64,000 bases of DNA from the human T2T-CHM13v2.0 reference genome, Homo sapiens. The stretch lies in assembly GCF_009914755.1 (NCBI RefSeq), contig NC_060926.1; one strand, written 5' to 3'. The notes beneath the pieces were generated by a model. That model worked only from the letters and a program-made list of their open reading frames with translations. It ran no database searches and was not told the origin of the DNA. A program made the position numbers and the translations under genes. Of this stretch, positions 54,941-64,000 are shown one piece after another. Numbering within the stretch: the first letter of the stretch is position 1; each line of letters begins with the position of its first letter.

Positions 54941-56146
54941 AAAGTGTCTTGAGTTCTTGAAAGTACCCTAAAGCCCCCTTTTTTGCTGACATGTAGCTCA
55001 GATTTTAAGTGCTCCATGAAATCACACTAACTCCTAGACACGTGCCCTACAAATATCAACAGCCTAAGATAGCAGCTTGCTTCTACACAGGGAACTAATA
55101 AGACTGCAAGCAAAATGAGTCACTTTTCTGATGAGCAGTTTTAGGTTTTTAGTGCTTGTAAGCTGCAAATGTTATTCCTGATCATTAAAATGTTTGGAGG
55201 TACAGTTTTGAGGGGATGAGAGAAAGTAATTGGTCATACAAAATTCAGGATACCGTTCTGAAGGATGAAAACCAGAAAGGTGGGGAAACTAGCGTAAGAA
55301 ACTGACCAAGCCCTGACTGATGACCCAATAATATAATGGTGAGTTTCAAAAACAGACTGTTGTTTTTGTAAGTGAGTGTAGGTTTTGGATATTAGAAAGG
55401 TCACAAATGGAAAATAGTATGAAAATAAATTTGGAAAATTAAAAGATAATTTGTTTCCCTTACTGCATATTTTGTTTTTATTTTCTTGAGAGTTCAATTT
55501 TAACCTGAATGCAAATATTGATTGAGCAGTATTGTTTATAGGACTGTGTACTTGGTGCTGTGAATAAGTCATCTGCCCTTCTATTAAGGAGTTTACAATT
55601 GAGTGGAAAGTGGGTAATGGGAGCAGAAAGGAGAAATTTATAAAAGGACACAGCAGAGTGAGAAATAAAGCAACAAAACAGGGGGTTACCTAGTGAATGC
55701 AGCAAAACTTTCATAAAGAAAGTGATTAGAATTTTCTTTCTGCTTAAACATGAGGAAAGATGTCTTTAGAATGAAAAGATTGAACAATCAAGTAATATAT
55801 AATAAACTATTTTGAATAGAAAATTAAGGGGGTTTGTTGGCAACCCATTTAAATTGACATCTTATCTTGGACTTCTGTAATTTTCACTTACGGTTTTCTA
55901 AAAAAATCTTACCCAATAGTTTGGAGGCTTAAAAGAGAGAAGTTATCCTCAATCTTAAATTTCCCTTATCTAAGATTCCATAAAAACATTGGATTGGGAA
56001 GTGGTGTATGGAGACACTCCAGCTAAAGAGAAGAGTAATAGCTGAGCTGTGAATGCAGGGCATGAGGCTTGTGCTGAGAAAACAGGAAGCGTATAGTGCA
56101 GCTGAGTTTGGCCAATGTCTGATCCTCGAATGTTAATGTGTGGATC

Positions 56147-56175
56147 AGAAATGCCAATAAGAAGAGCTGTCTTAC
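56147..56175 (+). repeat. 29-bp exact repeat, copy 1 (partner 58315-58343)
   Basis: agaaatgccaataagaagagctgtcttac is identical at both sites. Confidence 0.95.
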
Positions 56176-56200
56176 TAGGTATCTTGCTGAAAATTAAAAT

Positions 56201-56338
56201 TTATTTTTTATTTATTTATTGTTTAGAGATTTGGCCTTATGTTTTCCACGCTGGTCTCAAAATCCTGGGCTCAAGAGACACTCCTGCCTCACCCTCCTAA
56301 AGTGCTGATATGACAGGCATGAACCACCGCAACTGGCC
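56201..56338 (-). mobile_element. FLAM (free left Alu monomer)
   Basis: Monomeric Alu ending 'aaccaccgcaactggcc'; 14-bp TSD ctgaaaattaaaat at 56187-56200 and 56339-56352. Confidence 0.9.
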
Positions 56339-56519
56339 CTGAAAATTAAAATGTCTAAGCCTCACATAAGAGATTTTATGTAGCAGGTCTGGGTGGAACT
56401 CAGGGAACCGCACTTTTAAGTAGTCCAAGACATTTTTTAACATTTTGAGACAACTTTACTTTCAAATTTTAATGCAGGTTTCTTTTAAATACTGATTTTT
56501 ATTAGGCACGGAGTATGTA

Positions 56520-56790
56520 AGACAGCAGGCCTCAATGTCACATATATACATGTGTCCAACAGGTAATGTTCACATGTGAAGCATTCTGGTGTATGACAGC
56601 AGGGTGTGGCAAGGACACGGCCAAGTTGAAAGCCTCAGGTTCTGGCTAACGAAGCAGCTGTTACATGGTTCTAGCCAACTGTTGGCATGGTTATGATTAA
56701 TTTCCTCATTTAAAAGATCGTGTGTGAGCCAAACTGATATGTCTGTGGGCTGGAGATGGCCCCTGGAGGGCTAGTTTTCAACATTTAGAG
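56520..56790. mobile_element. hAT element, MER102-like
   Basis: 'ttctagccaactgttggcatg', 'tgtgtgagccaaac...gtctgtgggctggagatggccc'. Confidence 0.5.
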
Positions 56791-56971
56791 CTTGAGTTTA
56801 AGTAGATTTGGAGGAGAGAGAGGAGAGAAACCTGCAGAAAATGATTGAAGGACTCAATGTTAGTCGCTTAATATCTAGGCAGTGAAGAGCCGTTGAATAC
56901 TTGTGAACTGAAGAATGACATGTCTAGTAATAGTTTCTAACTTGGCAATTGGGTTTCCAATTAAGGAAGCA

Positions 56972-57170
56972 ATTTGTTGTGATGGAATGAGCCCGGGGTT
57001 TAGTGACAAACCCGTTGGTATCTCAGTCATACCACTTATATCTTGATTTAATTAAGGGATTCCACTTAATTTCTGTAAGCTTGATTTTCCTTGTCTGTAA
57101 AATGACCACAATAAATTTATTGTGAGCACTGAAAAATGTATGGAAAGGGCTATATATCTTGTAAGGTGAT
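56972..57170 (+). mobile_element. MIR
   Basis: 'ccacttaatttctgtaagcttgattttccttgtctgtaaaatg'. Confidence 0.65.
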
Positions 57171-58314
57171 GTTCAAATTTATCTAGAGTTTTAGGTCAAA
57201 GGGAAGACAAAATGAATTATCAGAAATGCATTGGGAGCTTACTCTAATTTCTCAAGGAAGAGAGGGTAAAACTAATATTTGCATAATGATCAGGCTGATG
57301 GCATAATTTAGGAGGCTAAGGAGGATGAGCAAACTCCCCCCTAGGGAACTTTTTGCCATACTTTATGCAGGTGACAGAGAAGAATAAACAGCCAATAACC
57401 TAGAATGACAGAGGAGCATTTACTGTACCATCGGGGAGGTGCTTCCATCAGTTCTGTGGAGGAATTCCGTGGTGACTAGAAGTACAAGTTCACTAAAGCT
57501 AATTTTCAGGCTACTGTGAGCCTTTCAGCAAACATAGCCTCTCTTGAAGTATTGCTTAGAAGTTCAGATCTTGAACTATGGATTCATTCAATGAAAGACA
57601 CACCAAGAAAATTGGAGACAGTTCAAGAGACAATCTTCTTTAAATGATTGAAGTAGATATAATTAGTATGCGTCCCCACCACCACATCCTAAGGTTTTGG
57701 TATTTCCATCCAAATTAGGCAAGGAACTTCTGCCCACTGCTGCCATACCCTCTCTTGCTTTCTGTCCTGGGAAGGTAGGAATGCACTCACTGTGAAGGGG
57801 AGATGGACAGCCCAGTGCCCACCTGGCAGGATAGCTGGGCAAGGAGCACAATATAGAAGGGAGAAGGGTAAAGGTAATGGATGTATTCCTGGTGCAGTGG
57901 GCCACAAATCACCAATCAGAAGATGGCAGTAATGACAAGGAGTATCTATTCACATCCTGGCACAAGATGCTATCTTGATTTCTAAAAGCCTGTGAATGAC
58001 TGGATAAGCAGTAGGAGAGCTGTGTGAAAGGATATCCACATTGTACTGCTCCAGACACCTTCCCACAGCCTGGCTTTTATGTTGCAAAATAGACATCTGA
58101 GAATAGATGAATCCCTGCAGAAGATGGCTGTACTTCGGCATTTAGCCACCTTACCAGTGAATGGCAAGAACCTGGTTACAACAATTTGTTTTTGAATCAG
58201 CCATTTCAGCACCAAGTGGTCCTCAGTTTCTGCAAGGCATAGCCACTAGATGCATGCTGGTGAACTTTGTGACCGAGGATTAGAGATCTTTCATTTTGAG
58301 ATTGGATGATATTT

Positions 58315-58343
58315 AGAAATGCCAATAAGAAGAGCTGTCTTAC
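58315..58343 (+). repeat. 29-bp exact repeat, copy 2 (probable donor)
   Basis: Identical to 56147-56175. Confidence 0.95.
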
Positions 58344-58568
58344 AAATCTAAGAATTGTGGAGGGAGAAGGGGGTGTCTACAGTTAGTAACCAGTGTTTCC
58401 TTCTCAAAATTGGGGTTATCAGATGACTCATGACTCAAGAGACAGTTGGATAGTGTTACCCTGGGAGCACTCCATTAGACTAAATTGTATACTAACCTAA
58501 TCTCAGAAGCATGGTGTACAAGTTTAGTGTCCCATTTATCTCTGTCTTCCAGATGGTCCAAACCTCCC

Positions 58569-59067
58569 CGTGATGGTTAATTTTATGCAGCAACTTGACT
58601 GGATTAAGAGATACATGGATAGCTGTTAAGGCATTATTTCTGGGTATATCTGGGAGAGTGTTTCTGGAAGAAACTGGTATTTGAATCAGTAAAGTGAATA
58701 AGGAAGATTCACTCTCAGTGTGGGCAGGTACCATCCAATCAGTTGAGGGACCAGTTAGAAGAAAACAGCAATAGAAATGTGAATTTCCTCTCTTCTCTTT
58801 TGAAACTAAGGTACTCTTCTCCTACTTTTAGACATCAGAACTCCACGTTCTCTGGCCTTCAGCCTCAGACCACCAGCTCCCCTGATTCTGAGGCCTTCAG
58901 GTTTTGACTGATTCCCTGGTTCTCCAGCATGCAGATGGCATATTGAGAGAATTCTCAGCTTCCATAATCACATGTGCCAATTCCCCTAATAAATCCACTC
59001 TCACTTATCTATATCTATGTCTATATCTCCTATTGGTTCTGTCTTTTTGGAGAACCCTGACTAATAG
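58569..59067 (+). mobile_element. ERVL MLT2 (B-like) solo LTR
   Basis: 'gtgatggttaattttatg...caacttgactgg' start; 'cctattggttctgtc...ggagaaccctgactaata' end. Confidence 0.9.
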
Positions 59068-59236
59068 GTTTTTCTTAACATTCCCTCTGTAAGTATATAT
59101 AGTTGTCACTTTGTACAGTCTTTCACAACATAGTATTTTTCAGAGTTGCATGAATCAATTTCTTATATTCAATACACCAATCTAAAAACCATAACATAAA
59201 GTATTTTGAGAGGAGGAATTATCTGGGGAGACCCTC

Positions 59237-60048
59237 TGTAATGATATGAAAAAAGTTTTCATTTTCCTTCTCTATTCTCACAACATAGTCAGCCCAGAAC
59301 ACTTCACCTCTGGCCACCAAAATATGTGGGGGTTTCTCCGCAACAACAACCAACTCTGTGGCAAAAATCAGTGAGATACTCTGGTAATAATTCATTTCAA
59401 TTCTCACGCTATCTACCTGGAGACAGTTAGATATCATGTGTTGATGGCTCAGTCCCAGAAGACAGCTCCCACTTTAGATGCCAGTTGCAGGTACTAAATT
59501 GTCACCTACATTTCTGATCAACTGGCTAACAATCAGAGGTTCGCATGACCCGCCTCCTCAAGCTCAATTAATTTGCTTGAGCAGCTCACAGAACGCAGGG
59601 AAACACCAGTTTATTATGAAGGATACTACAAAGGCTACAGATGAGCAGATGGAAGAGATGCACAAGTCACGGTATTTCCATGCCCTCTTTCAGCATGTCA
59701 CTGTCCAGGAACCTCCATATGTTCATCTATGCATGAAGCTCCCTGAATGAAGTCTTTTTGGGTTTTTATAGAGGCTTTATTACATCATCAGCCATTAACA
59801 TCAACTCAACCTTTACTCTCTCTCCTCTCCCCAGATGTTGGGGGCTGGTGGAAAGACTAAAATTTTCAACCCTCAGATCACCAGGTTGGTTCCCCTGGCA
59901 ACCACCCCTTCTCCTGAAGCTATCCAGGAGCCCTCAGCAATCAGTCAACTCATTAGCATACAAAAGAACACATCATTTCAGAGATTCCAAGTTGTTGTGT
60001 GCCAGAAACTCGGATGAAGGCCAAACATGTATATTTTATTATAATATG
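59237..60048 (-). mobile_element. MER21-family LTR
   Basis: 'aatttgcttgagcagctcacagaac', 'aaggctacagatgagcag', 'gtcaactcattagcatacaaaagaacac'. Confidence 0.85.
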
Positions 60049-60769
60049 CCTTTTTAATGGTTCTGTTGTTTTCATGGTCTCCTTTAGGGACCTCCTTCAA
60101 TGGGAAGGGGAAGAAGAGGGAGATATAGGTCCAAGTGCTTAAACTTCTCTCTTCCTTGCATCCTTTTACTAGTGTTCAGTGCGATAACAATACTTGACTG
60201 TTCTAATAGTAGGAGAGATATCAGGAAAGTAGTGCATTTGTTTGACTCTGCTTGGATAAGTTTATCCAACATTATTTGAATAAGAGGTATGTTATCGTGG
60301 ATTACATGCCACCCACTGCGGTTTTGTAGTTGCGAGTTTTGCAAGGATGTTGTTTTGTCAATGGAGTCAATCTTCTCAGACAACTCCCTTAATACTGTCA
60401 CTAAGGATCATGAGATATGATCTCAGAAGGTCCACAGGACTTCAGAGAGGTAATTCCCAGCACCTGTGATGAGTTACTATCCTAATGCTTGAACATGACT
60501 AGTCAAGATGCCACAAACAGACATTTTCCTGTCCAAGGATGTGTCTTATATCTCCAGAACATCAGTTTTACTTTCAGAAGTTCACGCTGGTGACTAGACC
60601 TGATATTCTACCAATTTTCTAACAAACAAGAGTGAATCTTTACAACATACACACCATGCAGTTTATTTACGCTTAAACTGCATTGCAATTCCCATACCTG
60701 ACAATCCCACACCTGTTTTATGTTACTTCCCAGAACTTACTACTGCATAGCATATTATATAATTTGCTT

Positions 60770-61175
60770 CAGTATTTTATTTACTAAGCATCTGCCTTAG
60801 AGGAATATAAGCCACATAGTGAACTGTATCTCCATATCTAGAACAATGCCAGGTACATAATAGGCACTCAATAAATATTGCTCCCTTTGTGAAGGATTGA
60901 TGCCAATGAATCTTTGATTCTTGCCATGCCCTGGTAGTACGTTCCATGCCTTGTATTCCAATTTCCAGTAGACATAAGTCATCATCTTTATCTGCTTTAT
61001 ATTTCACCTTAGCACTTATCAGTCTCTGACGTTATATAGCAGATACATATTTATGTGCTGTCTTCCTCCTCACCATTCCCCCAAGTAATATACCAGTGCT
61101 CTGAAAACTGTCATTTCCTCTGTTTTGTTCATTGCTCTTTTCCCAATTCTTAGAAATGTACTGACACATAGTAGC
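60770..61175 (+). mobile_element. L2 fragments
   Basis: 'tagaacaatgccaggtacataataggcactcaataaatatt'; 'ttagaaatgtactgacacatagtag'. Confidence 0.6.
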
Positions 61176-62354
61176 ATAAGTTCAAAAGGAAGGAAACTCC
61201 TGTGATTTGATTTTTAGTCCTTCCCATCTATGCCTTTTCATTCTTGTCCAAAATGTCAACATCACTTCCTTCACTTGCTCTTTCCTTCAGAATCTGAGGC
61301 TTTTTGGTTGTTTAGTGGTTTGTAGTGGTGGGGAATCTTCAGTCTTTCATATTTGGAATGTTTCTTTATATAACAGCAAATATCATTTGGAGATAAAATG
61401 TTCAACATAATATTCTTCCCAAATATGATAATAGCAGTTTGTGCAAATGGAAGATACAAGTGTAATGTAGCAGCACTAGTTTTCTTTTTTTTTTAGCACT
61501 AATATTCTTAGGTATAACGGACTCTTCATATTGGGAAGAAAGGCAACCCTTTATTGTGTGGCCACTGAGTCAGTCACATCGCATGAAATTGAATTGTTAA
61601 TCTTTTTAACAAAACATTGAGCTAAATTCTACTGCAACCATTTTATATTCAAGAAACTGAGGCTCAAAGAAGTGAAGTTTCTGCTCCAAAATCATACAAC
61701 TGATGGCTGCCAGAACTGTGTTTTGCTGAGGGCTTTCTTACTGACATCCTTTCCATCATCCTAATTTCCAAATCAACTTTCTGAAAATATTTCAAATCCA
61801 ATGAGTGTGTTAAAAAAAAGAGAGGCTTATCCTTTCATAGTCTCCTTTGAATATGTTGTGTGGCTTTTAGGAAACAGAGTTAGAGTGCAAAAATTAAAGA
61901 GCAGGAAAAAAGGATAATTAAAACAAAATATATATTCACAAGAAGTAACATCCATTTCAACTGCTCTGCTACCTAAAATATTATCCATATGTCTGCTATG
62001 AGAAGCCATAAGAGAGAAAAACCACAGCTCTGCATTTTAGATCGGTATTTCTCAGACGTCAATAATGTATAACCTCTAGTGTTTATTGAACTTTCTTTAC
62101 TGCAATATTACCTAATTATACTTAAAGTTTCAGGCTTATTGATCTTTTACAACCAAGATAATTTAAAATGTTGAAAACCACAAAACTGTAAAAACAAAAT
62201 ACAGTCTCAACAATATTTATTTAATGTGGCACATGATATTGTTTGAGGACAGTGAATGGTTATTTTCAATATGAATATAGTTCTGAAGTACATAGCATAG
62301 GAATTTTTAAAATTTGTGTAGAACATTGTACCCAGCACAATACACTTAATTATT

Positions 62355-62430
62355 CCTCAACTTTTCTCTTTGCATACTACTTTTTCCCTCAACTTTTCTC
62401 TTTGCATACTACCTTTCTCTTGGCAAAACT
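62355..62430 (+). repeat. Short tandem duplication (32-bp period) with a partial third unit
   Basis: cctcaacttttctctttgcatactac at 62355-62380 and 62387-62412. Confidence 0.85.
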
Positions 62431-64000
62431 ATGGCATAAATTTTGCATAGTGGTTGATTTTCATAAGGAAAACATACAACTTTCCCCTACCAAGCGCTCT
62501 TCTGGGGCTTTATTGATGTTTCTTGCTTGATTTCTTTTGTCTGAGACAATTAAAATAGTTCTAACTAGCACTTATTCTGGCATAAAAATTGATAATCATA
62601 ATCTCCTTTCTCTACCAACCATTCTAGGTTTTCCTTATCGTTAGTCTACTTGCCCTGAAAGTAGTACAGATATGTAAATACCTGAGAGGACCTGCTTATG
62701 GCACTGTTAGTAGACCACAGTTGCTGAAAATTTCCATTTACAGGTACCCATTAGGATGGAAGCACCAAGAAGCATGGGTCTACTCTGCTGGGATTCCTCT
62801 GCATTGCAGACATACACCTCTTTGCCCACATTATGTAGCAGCATGATAACCAGAATCAATTTCCCCTGCCAATATAGTCACTCTCTTCTTGTCATGCTGA
62901 TCTACTGACAAAAGAATCTTGGTCAGCCTTCACAACTTTAGATATGACAGAAATATTACTATGCTCCAACAGAAGTGCCCCCTCCCTGATAATTGAGCAG
63001 TAGCATGTCTCCATTACAATAAAATCTAAAGTTGTATCGGGAAAGCACAGTCCCACATGAATCATTACGAATTAGAAGGTAACAGGCACTATTTATTCTC
63101 CGTAGTTCACAGGCCTATGCCTACCACTTTTTAGGTACACAGTACCAATTAACGGTCATTGATTCAAAATATAGTTATCATTTTGAAAGAATATTACCAT
63201 CCTTGCAGGGTCATTCTCATTTCAGAAGTCTTAGATAAACCGTTAAGAGGCTATTTGATGTTTAATTAATCTGACAACCATTGGGTGATTCGGTATTTGG
63301 TGGAACCAAACCAATGGACCCCATGCCATTTGTTCATTGCTCTCAATCTTTTATATAAACTGAACACACTGGTGTATAGCAATGTTGTGCAACATTCTAG
63401 CTTTAATAAAGAAGCCATTTCAGCAGCAAATAAGATCCATTTCAAAATGCCGTTGCCAAAATATTAAATATTGAATACTAAGGGAGCAGCCTCATATCAG
63501 TAAACTCTCATATCTAATTATATAGTCTACTACTCCTTATCCAATGACCAGAATTTTCATGGACAAGCTGGTAAGCATTGAGGCCCACTTAAATTATTTT
63601 AAATATATATTTTAGTTAAAAATAAGCAAAAATGTGCACAAATAAATATTCTATCTATGGTCTCACAGTTTTCCAATGGGCTTATGTTTATGTGCATGAT
63701 TTCTAGTAGGTGAGAGTTAACTTGGAATTTTCAGTTCTTTCCAAATGCATTACTGTCCTTATTTCAATGCCCTTCAAAGTTTATCGGCATTTAACTGAAA
63801 TCTGCTAACTGTAGAAAAATAGAAACATATTTTGAAAATAGTCAGATCCCAAATACAAACAGTTATATATTTACACAATCTGATGCTTGCATTTGCAAAA
63901 TATTTAATGAGTTTAAAAGTCAGATTCATTATTTAAACAACTCATGGGACAAATATTGAAAAAGAAGTAACTTTATTTAGTACAATTCCAGAAATATTAT

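Larger units (their letters stand above)
56120..56450. mobile_element. hAT MER5A-like element interrupted by a FLAM
   Basis: 'aatgtgtggatcagaa', 'gtagcaggtctgggtggaactcagggaaccgcacttttaag'. Confidence 0.6.

Noticed and set aside
54544-55017. 157-aa minus-strand ORF
   Set aside because: Well-known spurious antisense translation of the L1 3' UTR

Overview
AT-rich, Alu-poor primate genomic DNA. An L1PA2-type insertion points to human or another African great ape. It looks intergenic or deep intronic and is largely decayed transposable elements: L1 (L1PA2, L1PA6-like, L1PA8-10-like, L1PA15/16-like, L1PB, L1MA/ME), L2, MIR, two Alus and a FLAM, many ERV1/ERVL/MaLR solo LTRs, and hAT MERs. I find no supportable host protein-coding gene, RNA gene or CRISPR array; the only recognisable protein-like ORFs are L1 ORF1/ORF2 remnants. 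I also find no evidence of a new gene-encoded system. The most interesting signal is a set of rearrangement scars visible directly in the sequence. These are locally templated copies of different ages (327 bp at ~99%, 29 bp exact, ~216 bp at ~92%, ~120 bp at ~80%), hairpin or iterated filler DNA at L1 junctions, a twin-primed L1, an L1 replacing part of an older L1, an in-frame ORF2 deletion, a short 3' transduction and an LTR nested in a related LTR. Subfamily names come from remembered consensus sequences and need RepeatMasker/Dfam confirmation. Boundaries of old elements are approximate.
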